Of a DNA stretch of 43,040 nucleotides, positions 6,324 to 14,568 are shown piece by piece (position 1 is the stretch's first letter; each line of letters begins with the position of its first letter). The notes beneath the pieces are model-generated. The model did not search any database. It was not told the DNA's origin and saw only the letters and a list, made by a program, of their open reading frames with translations. The stretch lies in IMG/VR virus record IMGVR_UViG_3300045988_035187. One strand, written 5' to 3'. The position numbers and the translations under genes are program-made. The DNA is from a virus.

Positions 6324-6746
6324 TCACGCGATGCGCTCAACAATAAAATTACTGTTGGCAACGAGGATAGGCTGGGTGCTGGTATTTCGGGCGGCTACGG
6401 TAACACAGCAGCCACGAGGGACATCCACCACAGCGGAAACATAAATATTGAAGAAGTCCTCTGCGGCAGCCGGGGTGACGGTAGCGGTAGAAGCGTTCAG
6501 CGCCTCACCATTGATGGAGATCGCTGCCGTGATGGCCTCCACGGTCCCACCGGTGGGGATAGCAATATTCGCTCCAAAGGAGACTTTGAATTTTGCCCGG
6601 CACTGGTTCGTGAGCCCGCGAAGAGTCACCAGCCCAGCGCCTTCTCGATGCACAATGCAGGGCTTGCCTGTGTTGGCCTCCTCGGTAAAAGGCACGTTCT
6701 GACCAGCGGCAACGGTTACGATTGCGCTGTTGCTGTATTCAGCCAT
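6324..6746 (-). CDS. Beta-rich protein resembling BclA C-terminal / C1q-TNF-like jelly-roll domains
   Basis: 140 aa. NVPFTEE...ISINGEAL...ILVANSNFIVERIA follows the layout of BclA-CTD by eye. No collagen repeats. Confidence 0.4.
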   Translation of the reverse strand: MAEYSNSAIVTVAAGQNVPFTEEANTGKPCIVHREGAGLVTLRGLTNQCRAKFKVSFGANIAIPTGGTVEAITAAISINGEALNASTATVTPAAAEDFFNIYVSAVVDVPRGCCVTVAARNTSTQPILVANSNFIVERIA

Positions 6747-6858
6747 AAACTTCATTCCTTTCAAAAAGATAGCGGCGAGGCTGTTGCCCCGCCGCATGGT
6801 TCAAAATCGGCACGGGGCCGAACATGTAAGCCTTTCTTACAAGTTGATGTATTGGGTT

Positions 6859-7599
6859 TTAGCAGCCGCAGCCGCAGGGATTGCAGCCACATCCGGCATA
6901 AGGATTGGGCACCTGATAGGCCGGGACAGGCATGGGGTTGATGCGGCGAATCAGTTCAGCGGTCTGGGCCTCCTGATTAGCGGTAAAGAAAGCGTTCTGA
7001 GCCGCCTGAGAAGCCTGGAACTTCAGGCTCTGGTTTTCAGCCGTCAGAGTAGCGATCTTGTCCTGGGTCAGGAAGTCCAGGATCGCGCGGCTGTTGGCAT
7101 TGGCGTTGTCGATGATGTCCCGCGTGCTGGACTGGATGGTGTTGCGGGTATCGCAAGCCTGGGTAGCCATGTCGTACCGGACGCCGTCAATGCTCCGCTG
7201 GGTATCGCAGCAGCACTGCGCCAGCTGGGCGCCGATGGCGTTAAAGCCCGCCTGCGTCTGATAGCCCAGGTTGCACACAGCGGTATCCACGCCATGGAAG
7301 CCGTTGCTCACGGCATCCCGGATGGAGGTCTGGCCGGTCTGCAGGCCGTTGAGCGCAAAGCCCTCGTTGATGTCGGCCCTGGTGGCCCAGCCCTGACCGG
7401 AGGGGGAACCCAGGCCATTGCCGGAGTTACCACCCCAGCCGCCGCCATAGCCGCCCCAGCCACCGAACAGGCCGAAAATGAGGAAAAGTACGATAAAGGA
7501 CATCCAATCCCCACCCCAGCCCATACAGGAGCCACCGTTCGAGGTGTTCGCCGGTACGACAGGCATCGTCACGGCTACGTTATCGGAAGAAAGACTCAT
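6859..7599 (-). CDS. Gly/Trp-rich membrane-anchored, Cys-rich protein of unknown function
   Basis: 246 aa. TM segment WMSFIVLFLIFGLFGGWGGYGGGWGG, internal CCC and C motifs, C-terminus GCGCNPCGCGC. RBS AAAGGAGAA. Confidence 0.65.
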   Translation of the reverse strand: MSLSSDNVAVTMPVVPANTSNGGSCMGWGGDWMSFIVLFLIFGLFGGWGGYGGGWGGNSGNGLGSPSGQGWATRADINEGFALNGLQTGQTSIRDAVSNGFHGVDTAVCNLGYQTQAGFNAIGAQLAQCCCDTQRSIDGVRYDMATQACDTRNTIQSSTRDIIDNANANSRAILDFLTQDKIATLTAENQSLKFQASQAAQNAFFTANQEAQTAELIRRINPMPVPAYQVPNPYAGCGCNPCGCGC

Positions 7600-7629
7600 T
7601 GTAATTCTCCTTTGTGAAAATATTTATAA

Positions 7630-7641
7630 ATGCGGCCGCAT
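7630..7641. promoter_or_regulatory. Perfect 12-bp palindrome ATGCGGCCGCAT in an AT-rich divergent intergenic region
   Basis: Lies between the divergent genes 6859-7599 (-) and 7770-8618 (+). Candidate operator. Confidence 0.3.
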
Positions 7642-7769
7642 CTATATACTTTTTGATGTTTTTGTGCTATAATTGTTATGCGTGGATAGGGTCGCTCCCG
7701 ACAAGCCGTTACCCTGACGGTTTCCACGCAATTCAAAAAAATCAGGGCTGCACGAAAGGGTAGTGTAAA

Positions 7770-8618
7770 ATGGGAAACATTGCTGTATCCGAGTACATCG
7801 GAAAGCGTTTCGGGCATTTGACCGTAATTGGTGAAGCGCCAAAAACACATGAATATTCAAACCGTTTTTTGCTCCGATGTGATTGCGGAAAAATCATCGA
7901 AGAACAGCCGGCCAGAGTTATCAATGGGCACAAGAAAACTTGTGGGCGGGGTTGCCCAATATGCAAAAGTCTTCAAGGAAACCATGTAGATTTTTCAGAT
8001 TACATAGGGAAACAGAAGAACGAATTAACTGTGATCGAGATTGTTTCTAAACACGGGAAAGCTATGCTAAAGTGTAAATGTTCTTGTGGGAAAGAGGCGC
8101 TTGTTTTACCGTACCAATTCAAAAATGGGGAAATAAAAAGTTGCGGCTGTCTGCGGAACACTCTTTTTAAGGAAACCAACGGTAGAAGCAAACACCCGTT
8201 GTATGGAATCTGGCGACAGATGATGCAACGGTGTTACAATGAGAAGTCAAAAATCTATCACCGTTATGGCGGACGCGGCATCTATGTTTGTGACGAGTGG
8301 CACGATTTTTTTAAGTTTGCCGAATGGTCTGATTCTGTTGGAGGTAGGCCGGAGGGTTATACGCTGGACAGAAGGGATAATAACGGCCCCTATTGTCCTG
8401 AGAACTGCCGCTGGGCAACGATGAAAACGCAGAATATAAACAAGTCCGATAACATTGTGATTGAGTACAACGGACGGACTCAGACGCTTGTGGAATGGGC
8501 AAAAGAATTAGGGATTAACTGGGTCACATTTCACAACCGATATGTGCGTGGCTGGAGCATTGAGCGAATGATGACAGAGCCGGTACACACAAAACCGTCT
8601 AAGCTTGCGGAGGGGTAA
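7770..8618 (+). CDS. Zinc-ribbon-repeat / degenerate HNH-like DNA-binding protein with C-terminal HTH
   Basis: Repeated CxCG...CGC motifs. YGGRGIYVCDEW...LDRRDNNGPYCPENCRWAT resembles HNH_3-like phage proteins. Only plus-strand gene in the 5.5-43 kb stretch. Confidence 0.6.
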   Translation: MGNIAVSEYIGKRFGHLTVIGEAPKTHEYSNRFLLRCDCGKIIEEQPARVINGHKKTCGRGCPICKSLQGNHVDFSDYIGKQKNELTVIEIVSKHGKAMLKCKCSCGKEALVLPYQFKNGEIKSCGCLRNTLFKETNGRSKHPLYGIWRQMMQRCYNEKSKIYHRYGGRGIYVCDEWHDFFKFAEWSDSVGGRPEGYTLDRRDNNGPYCPENCRWATMKTQNINKSDNIVIEYNGRTQTLVEWAKELGINWVTFHNRYVRGWSIERMMTEPVHTKPSKLAEG

Positions 8619-8640
8619 CGCCCTCCGCTTTTTATTTTCC
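8607..8640 (+). terminator. Intrinsic terminator
   Basis: GCGGAGGG/CCCTCCGC stem with the stop codon in the loop, followed by TTTTTATTTT. Confidence 0.75.
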
Positions 8641-8853
8641 AAACATCCCCCGCATCCCCTCAAACATGCCCTGCATCTGCTGGGCCTGATTCTGGACTTG
8701 GTTGAGCTGATCTTGGGAAATGCGTCCAGAGGATACCATCTCTTGTATCATGGCGTTGGGGTCTTTGCCCCGCATCTGCTGCATGAAGGATTGAAACTGC
8801 TGCATCATGTTGGGCTGTCTGTTGCCGCCCATAGCCTGATAAAACGGGTTCAT
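8632..8853 (-). CDS. Small Q/M-rich protein (73 aa)
   Basis: ATGA-coupled to the upstream gene. Low-complexity Q/M/N composition. Confidence 0.55.
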   Translation of the reverse strand: MNPFYQAMGGNRQPNMMQQFQSFMQQMRGKDPNAMIQEMVSSGRISQDQLNQVQNQAQQMQGMFEGMRGMFGK

Positions 8854-9257
8854 TCTGCATCCTCCTTATCTTTTGCCGCCAGCGCATCCAGGCGGGCCTC
8901 CAATGCCTCCAGACGAGACAGGGGCGCATACTCTACCGCCGGAACCTGCGGGGCCTGTACGGGCCGCTGATTGCGCTCTACAAGGTCATATATCTTCATG
9001 GACGGCTTCCCACTCGCGTCCGCCTGTTTGAGATAGACCACTGGGGCGTTGCTGTCCCACAAGGTAACGGCAGAGTTAGGCGCCACCAGATAATTTGCCG
9101 CCTCCATCTCACTCTGCACCCACACAATAGACGGTGACGCCGGGGCTTGCTGCGGCTGCTGCACGGGCTGATAGGACTGCCGCAGTTGTGTCAGCTGGTC
9201 CGCCATAGGCGGCTGATACGGTTGGTACGGCTGATAGTAATAGGGATAGTTCGGCAT
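8850..9257 (-). CDS. Hypothetical protein with a P/Q/Y-rich N-terminus (135 aa)
   Basis: MPNYPYYYQPYQPYQPP..., then a globular core and a C-terminal coiled coil. Confidence 0.6.
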   Translation of the reverse strand: MPNYPYYYQPYQPYQPPMADQLTQLRQSYQPVQQPQQAPASPSIVWVQSEMEAANYLVAPNSAVTLWDSNAPVVYLKQADASGKPSMKIYDLVERNQRPVQAPQVPAVEYAPLSRLEALEARLDALAAKDKEDAE

Positions 9258-9263
9258 CTCACG

Positions 9264-9626
9264 TCATCCTTTCTGCCAGAAGTAAAGTACGGTCTCGTTC
9301 TCGCTGTGCCATGTATCGTAGATCACACCATCCTGCAGGCATACTACATGCCCAGACAGGGCCAGGATGTAAGTGCCGTGCGGATGCCCCATCGCGAACT
9401 CTGCCACGGTCATGTCCTCAGGTGCCATGTCACGCTGAAAGCCATGCCGTCGGAGATAAGCCCCCCATGTGGCGTTTGCGCTTGGCATATCGCCTCTCAC
9501 AGCGCCCTCAATGCAGAGGCCAAGGTATGTCCTGTACCAGTCCTGCTCCAGCGCCTTCGAGATGGCCCGGACGGTACAGTCCCCCACATTTTTCTCGTAG
9601 GGATTCGGATTGTAAAATTCAAACAT
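9264..9626 (-). CDS. Putative papain-like cysteine peptidase fold protein (120 aa)
   Basis: NVGDCTVRAISKAL (Cys) and LSGHVVCLQDGVIYDTWHS (His/Asp). Start re-set to ATG 9626, coupled (ATGTTTGA) to the small ORF upstream. The track N-terminal extension is W/R/P-rich and implausible. Confidence 0.5.
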   Translation of the reverse strand: MFEFYNPNPYEKNVGDCTVRAISKALEQDWYRTYLGLCIEGAVRGDMPSANATWGAYLRRHGFQRDMAPEDMTVAEFAMGHPHGTYILALSGHVVCLQDGVIYDTWHSENETVLYFWQKG

Positions 9627-9789
9627 ATTGCTTTCGGTCATCATACAAAAGCTCATTCTGCCGGATAAACCGTTCCAATCCGGAGAAGTCTCCCTCCGCC
9701 GCATACTTCTCGCAGGTGTCTCTTGCTGTGGACTCCGTGATGCCGCAGGCCACCAGCCGGGCCACCAGTTCTGAACCATTCAGAATCAA
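9619..9789 (-). CDS. Small ORF (56 aa from TTG 9789)
   Basis: Protein-like frame ...ELVARLVACGITESTARDTCEKYAAEGDFSGLERFIRQNELLYDDRKQYV. The frame stays open further upstream but has no canonical start there. Confidence 0.4.
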   Translation of the reverse strand: MILNGSELVARLVACGITESTARDTCEKYAAEGDFSGLERFIRQNELLYDDRKQYV

Positions 9790-9887
9790 CTTAAAACACG
9801 TCCTTATGTAAGAAATCAGGAGGCCGCAAGGAGGGCGGCGACGTGTACCAGCCCTTGTTCCTTACGTCCTCCTGATGATATTTTCGC

Positions 9888-9923
9888 AAAAAAAGGCCCC
9901 GCCTGGGTGGTGCCCAAGCGGGG
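9888..9923 (-). terminator. Intrinsic terminator after the sigma-like gene
   Basis: On the minus strand, stem CCCCGCTTGGG/CCCAGGCGGGG (10 of 11 bp) followed by CC-TTTTTTT. Confidence 0.8.
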
Positions 9924-9934
9924 TTTCGGTGAAG

Positions 9935-10183
9935 TTATGTGAAATGTAGTTTTTGAGCTGTGCTTTCAACTTTGTGGAGAATCCGTTTGACTCGGTGAGA
10001 GATGGTAGACCGCTCCCAGCCGAACTCCGCTGCAATGTCGATCTGCGGGACTTGGTCGATCAGGTAGCGCCGGGCAATGTCCGTATCGTCGTTCCCAAGA
10101 TTAGCTTCCCGGATGGCCGTCTCCATCTCGGAGCGCATAAGGCCATCCAGGCTATCCGGTAATCTGACACGGGCAGTTGCCAC
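9935..10183 (-). CDS. Small sigma-70 region-4-like HTH protein
   Basis: 82 aa. DIARRYLIDQVPQIDIAAEFGWERSTISHRVKRILHKV matches the region-4 HTH pattern. GTG start 4 nt after the endolysin stop. Confidence 0.55.
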   Translation of the reverse strand: MATARVRLPDSLDGLMRSEMETAIREANLGNDDTDIARRYLIDQVPQIDIAAEFGWERSTISHRVKRILHKVESTAQKLHFT

Positions 10184-10187
10184 AGTT

Positions 10188-10811
10188 TCACGTCCTTCCC
10201 ATCAGCTTCCAAAACCGATACAGCATCGTACACATCTGCTGCCGGGTAACAGGCTGGGAGAGCATTAGGTCCCCTTCGCTGTCGCCCGTCAGGATGCCGT
10301 TTGCAATGGCCCATTCCACGCCCTCCTTGTGGGCGGGAGACGGTGTATTGTCCATAGTGACCTCCTTGTCATAGGCGGGCCGTACAGCCCCTAAAATCTG
10401 CCCAAGAGTCCGGGTCCGGCGCATGACCTCTCCCCCGTCGCTGTCGTTGCCAATGGCGGTGTTGCCCTCGATGGCCGTGATGGAACTGCCACCAACCGCC
10501 TCCACGATGCCGCAGTGGTCCGGGCGCTTGTCCCCGCCCCAGTCGTAGATCACTACGTCTCCGGGCTGGTAGTTGGATGTTACCCAGTTCCCGGCGGACT
10601 TTGCGGCGTTCATTAAGATTGTGCAGGAGGCCGTCTCAATGGGCAGCTTGACGCCCGCCTGGGCAAAGACCCACTCCACAAACATCACGCACCAGGGCTG
10701 GCCGTCCAGGCCGTACCATGCGCCGTATTTCGTCCGGTTGGAGTTGGCTGGGGTCTCTTTGTACCCCAGCTCTCCCCGGGCGATGTCAAGGAGTTCCCGT
10801 ACTGTTGCCAT
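10188..10811 (-). CDS. Endolysin: CHAP-type amidase/peptidase + C-terminal SLH-like domain
   Basis: GQPWCVMFVEWVF (Cys) and RPDHCGIVE (His). C-terminal AHKEGVEWAIANGILTGDSEGDLMLSQPVTRQQM is SLH-like. Confidence 0.8.
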   Translation of the reverse strand: MATVRELLDIARGELGYKETPANSNRTKYGAWYGLDGQPWCVMFVEWVFAQAGVKLPIETASCTILMNAAKSAGNWVTSNYQPGDVVIYDWGGDKRPDHCGIVEAVGGSSITAIEGNTAIGNDSDGGEVMRRTRTLGQILGAVRPAYDKEVTMDNTPSPAHKEGVEWAIANGILTGDSEGDLMLSQPVTRQQMCTMLYRFWKLMGRT

Positions 10812-11001
10812 TGTCCGCCTGCGCTTTCTTCTCCGTCTGCGTCCCGAAATAGAAGGCGATCACCACGGTGAACACCGTCAAGAACTGCTCTGCTGTCACG
10901 CCGCCGGTGCAGGTCAGATAGGCAAATACGGCCGTCAGGGTGATGGTTACGATGCTCTTGACCGCCAGCAGATTTGCCAGCCTCTTCTTCAATGTTTCCA
11001 T
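10786..11001 (-). CDS. Holin (two TM segments)
   Basis: 71 aa, two hydrophobic helices, charged C-terminus. Lies directly upstream of the endolysin and overlaps it. Confidence 0.75.
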   Translation of the reverse strand: METLKKRLANLLAVKSIVTITLTAVFAYLTCTGGVTAEQFLTVFTVVIAFYFGTQTEKKAQADNGNSTGTP

Positions 11002-11002
11002 A

Positions 11003-11338
11003 TCAGCCCTCCGGCTCCACCAGGGTGTCGCCCTTCAGTTCGTACTTCTTCCCTGCGATGTACACGTAGGCGGTCTCGGCGCCCATGTTCACATCCACGG
11101 TCTTGCCGTTCACCACATGAACCTTCTCCAGGCAGCCTACTCCGTGGTCCATCAGGCCATAGCCGTTGACGGTGTCGGGGGTCTCCCCTGCCGTGGTCGC
11201 CACGAACTCCTCCTGAGTGATGACGTTGCGGTTGGGGTCCAGAGTAAAGCCCGCACCTGCCTCTTTCAGCGCCTCGTTCGCCTCAGGCAGAGCCATTTCG
11301 CCAGTGGTGTACTTGTTCAGAATTTCGTTGGTAGTCAT
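11003..11338 (-). CDS. Hypothetical protein (111 aa)
   Basis: Sits between the XhlA-like gene and the holin. No motif recognised. Confidence 0.55.
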   Translation of the reverse strand: MTTNEILNKYTTGEMALPEANEALKEAGAGFTLDPNRNVITQEEFVATTAGETPDTVNGYGLMDHGVGCLEKVHVVNGKTVDVNMGAETAYVYIAGKKYELKGDTLVEPEG

Positions 11339-11356
11339 AAGTAAGCTCCTTTCAAA

Positions 11357-11695
11357 TTACAGCCCAATGCGGGCCAAAATAAACGCGATAACAGCCGCCA
11401 GAACCGCCCACACGGACTTGTCCACGATGGCTTCCCAGCGGCGCCCTGGTTTTGCCGCCTGTTCCTCCTGCTTTGCCAGAAGCTTTTCGATGTTTTTATC
11501 CATATTGGAAAGCTGCTCGTCCAGCTTGGCGTCTCGGGCAATCTGTTCCCGCTGCCAGTCATAGAACGAATTATGGAACTTTTTGGAGTCCTGCTGCCAG
11601 TCCTCCAGAGCCTTGATACGCCCCTCCAGACGGGCTGCTGCTTCCAGGCCAAAGCAGTCATGCCGGGGGTCTCTAACGCACTTCTCGTCAGCCAT
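11357..11695 (-). CDS. xhlA: XhlA-like hemolysin/lysis accessory protein
   Basis: Coiled coil plus a C-terminal TM anchor (VWAVLAAVIAFILARIGL). Lysis-cassette position. Confidence 0.65.
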   Translation of the reverse strand: MADEKCVRDPRHDCFGLEAAARLEGRIKALEDWQQDSKKFHNSFYDWQREQIARDAKLDEQLSNMDKNIEKLLAKQEEQAAKPGRRWEAIVDKSVWAVLAAVIAFILARIGL

Positions 11696-12152
11696 TGGAC
11701 ACCTCCCCCAGGTCCTCCCACTTCACGCCCACGCTTCCAGGTTCCCACACGTTGCCGTCCTGACCGGACCGCCAGATATGGCCCTCATACGTGCAGCAGT
11801 CCCCGGTCATATACGGCGAAGTGGAGACGGCGATAAACGGCAGAGCCTTGGCCGGGTCTGTTGACCACACAAAGCCCCACTGTGCGGGCAGGTCCTCCGG
11901 CTCGTCCGTGTAGATGGTGCTGTCATAGGGTTGGATGAGACGCACCACACGCCCCGCTGTGGAACAGCAGACAAAGCCCGCCTTACGTTCCAGCATGTTC
12001 ATGGCGCCACAGGCCGCCGTAAAGCTGGGAATGTAGTCCTCGGAGGCATACAGCTCCGTTCCCGTCATGTCCGAAGCCTGGGTCTGGAGGGTCTGTGCCC
12101 TCGCAAGCCCGGTATCCCGCATGGTGGTAAGTACAAACTGCTTGTCCGTCAT
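11688..12152 (-). CDS. Hypothetical tail-distal protein with a C-terminal CBM5/12-like carbohydrate-binding motif
   Basis: YMTGDCCTYEGHIWRSGQDGNVWEPG resembles the W/Y-rich chitin-binding type motif. Confidence 0.45.
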   Translation of the reverse strand: MTDKQFVLTTMRDTGLARAQTLQTQASDMTGTELYASEDYIPSFTAACGAMNMLERKAGFVCCSTAGRVVRLIQPYDSTIYTDEPEDLPAQWGFVWSTDPAKALPFIAVSTSPYMTGDCCTYEGHIWRSGQDGNVWEPGSVGVKWEDLGEVSNG

Positions 12153-12400
12153 ACTTCGTTCACGCCCTCTCTGATTGCTTTCGCAAGCTCCGCATAAGTG
12201 ACATACTCCGGCTCAGGTTCCGGCTCCGGTTGTCCATCATCCTCCACGGTAATCTGCCCTTGATATGCCTCCGCCTGGGCCATAGCGTAATTCGTTTCCG
12301 TGTAGGGCATCGTAACACCGGAGAGCACCGTCTCGATGTCCGGCTCTTCCGGGGTGCCGCGGTTGATCTCTGTTGCCAGCTGATATTTGATGATCTTCAT
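12149..12400 (-). CDS. Small hypothetical protein (83 aa)
   Basis: AAGGAGG RBS. Follows the tail fiber gene. Confidence 0.55.
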   Translation of the reverse strand: MKIIKYQLATEINRGTPEEPDIETVLSGVTMPYTETNYAMAQAEAYQGQITVEDDGQPEPEPEPEYVTYAELAKAIREGVNEV

Positions 12401-12409
12401 AGTGCCTCC

Positions 12410-14305
12410 TTAATCCGTGGTTTTGGTGTACTTCATAACAACGATAGCACTGGAAGATGAGAAATTTACATTAGAGCCAATATAAATGACAGCGCCAGCA
12501 CGGTAAAAGCCGGCAACTATGTTATCTCCAATCAAATTTTTGCCAGTCGACGGATCAGAGTTTGGGGAAGAACTTCCGAAAAGTTCAAAACATACTCCCA
12601 TATCTGCTACGCCGTGCTCCACAGATTTATTAGTATTGTTAGGCAAAGCCCCAAAGTTTATCGCTTTGACATACACAGGCTTTCCGTTGTACCGCTCAAC
12701 GGTGCGGTACTCGACGCCGAGAGACAGTAACGGGTTTAGGTATTCCCAAGGGCCCCAGTTGCCACCATTGCAGAACCGCACAGCAATTTCGGAAGTAAGG
12801 GCCGCAAATGCGATTTGTGTGTAATATTGCAGGCTTGTATACGGCATGACTAGAACTTTTCCGCTCTTGAAGCTGGGAATATTCTGCACTGCTGACGAGA
12901 ACGCATAGAATCCGCCTAATATGGCGTTGTTGAGATCGTTCCCAGGAATTGCGCTCCCATTGGCCCCCAGCCCAAACCTGCCGGGATTCAGACTTTCTGC
13001 GCCACGCACACACTCCAACAGCGTCAGTGGGAAAATGTTCTTCCCATACCATTGCAGCTGCGCCGTGCTCCCCGCATTCGCAAACGTCGGCGCCGCCTTG
13101 GTGTACGTCCACTCCCGCGTCACCGTCACCACACCGCTGCCGGGGTTGGTGGATGCCGTGATTTTGATTGTGCCCGTGCCCGTGGGCAAGTCCAGCACCG
13201 AAATCTTGTTGTCGGCTCCGTTGGTGGCCGTGTATGTCCGAGTGTTGACGCCGTTGATGGTTTCTGTAACCGTCAAAGTACTAGTTCCGCTGGAGGACAC
13301 CGAATACTGCACATCATTTGTGAGAGTGCCCAAACTGCCGTCAGACCCGGAAATCACCAGGGCAGAAAGAGGGACTACGGAAACAGATGTGCTCGTTGTA
13401 TAATCGCCATATTTCCCGTTTGCGAGAGATTTGACGCGGTACTGCACGCTCGTCCAGGTGCCCACCGTTTCCTCAAAGCTCGTGTTCGCTCCGGAATACA
13501 CTTGCACCCAGTCGGCGTCCGTGTTCGCTTTGCGCTCCAGGATGTAACTGCTTACTCCATCTACGGCAGACCAGCTCACTGTGATCTGCCGCCCCTGCAT
13601 GACCTGAATCGGCACAGTCAGGGCAGTGGGGGACGCCGGAACGCCAACGGTTCCATCATCCGAAACCAGGATGGTAGGGTCCATAATCATGGCAGGTAGG
13701 ACGCCATAAGAGGGGTTTACCGAGGTGCTGCCCAAGCTGCCATCGGGCAAGACGTAAAACTTTCCGTCTGTGCTCGTAGAAACTGGAGAGCGAAGCCACC
13801 AAGCAGCCGCGGCTCCATTCAGTTTAGCAATCCGCTTGCTATTGGCTTCCGTGTCAAGTCCACTCTTGAAGTAATCCAGCTTCGCGCCGTCTGCGGGCAT
13901 AATTCCGCTTGGGTCAGACAGGCCGACCTCATACCCGCCAAGAGGGAACAGCTTGCACTCCAAACCATTTTCTCCACTTTTGATGTTCCAGAAAGGTTCT
14001 CCATTTCCTGGATGGTATGGGATTTTCACTGTCTTGATGGCAGACTGGATGTGGCTTTCATACCTTCCCAGATACCCAGCCATCGTAGACATAATTGTGG
14101 AGCCTACAAGTGTATTTGCATTGGTGCTGTTCCACTGGACGTTCTCCACAATATCCTGCCGCAGCAACCACGCACCGTCACAGGCACTACCATACAGCCT
14201 TACATCCGGGTTCCCGATATGCACCACGATGTAGTTTGCCGGGCTCCCGTTCTCGTCGATCTTGACGATGCTCCCCACCGCCACGCTGCCAAGTGTCTGC
14301 GCCAT
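12410..14305 (-). CDS. Tail fiber / receptor-binding protein with FN3-like repeats
   Basis: 631 aa. Position after the baseplate genes. S/T/G-rich beta repeats (VSWSAVDGVSSYILERK is FN3-like). Confidence 0.7.
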   Translation of the reverse strand: MAQTLGSVAVGSIVKIDENGSPANYIVVHIGNPDVRLYGSACDGAWLLRQDIVENVQWNSTNANTLVGSTIMSTMAGYLGRYESHIQSAIKTVKIPYHPGNGEPFWNIKSGENGLECKLFPLGGYEVGLSDPSGIMPADGAKLDYFKSGLDTEANSKRIAKLNGAAAAWWLRSPVSTSTDGKFYVLPDGSLGSTSVNPSYGVLPAMIMDPTILVSDDGTVGVPASPTALTVPIQVMQGRQITVSWSAVDGVSSYILERKANTDADWVQVYSGANTSFEETVGTWTSVQYRVKSLANGKYGDYTTSTSVSVVPLSALVISGSDGSLGTLTNDVQYSVSSSGTSTLTVTETINGVNTRTYTATNGADNKISVLDLPTGTGTIKITASTNPGSGVVTVTREWTYTKAAPTFANAGSTAQLQWYGKNIFPLTLLECVRGAESLNPGRFGLGANGSAIPGNDLNNAILGGFYAFSSAVQNIPSFKSGKVLVMPYTSLQYYTQIAFAALTSEIAVRFCNGGNWGPWEYLNPLLSLGVEYRTVERYNGKPVYVKAINFGALPNNTNKSVEHGVADMGVCFELFGSSSPNSDPSTGKNLIGDNIVAGFYRAGAVIYIGSNVNFSSSSAIVVMKYTKTTD

Positions 14306-14568
14306 CAGTTACCACCTCCGTTGTAGGTTACTTGGATTTGAGCTGCCGTAAAGGTGGTGCCAATCAGATATAGGGCGTCGTTAACGGTGCGGTTTGCCGC
14401 GTTCCCAAAAAATACTGCCTCCGTCTCCGGCTTAAACAGTGTAGCCGTGCTGAGGGGCGTTCCAACCTGCGACGGCTCGTCTGCCCTTACAAGGTCGTAT
14501 GTGTTCTCTTGACCGGAGACAGGAGTAAGTTTAACCCGCCCCGGATAAGTAGGGATTCTGTCTTGCAT
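14305..14568 (-). CDS. Small tail-associated protein (87 aa)
   Basis: AAGGAGG RBS. Sits in the tail-tip cluster. Confidence 0.55.
   Translation of the reverse strand: MQDRIPTYPGRVKLTPVSGQENTYDLVRADEPSQVGTPLSTATLFKPETEAVFFGNAANRTVNDALYLIGTTFTAAQIQVTYNGGGN

Noticed and set aside
7380-7480. GC-rich GGn repeats as a DNA-level repeat element
   Set aside because: They are explained by the Gly/Trp-rich coding segment of gene 6859-7599. There is no regular unit at the nucleotide level.
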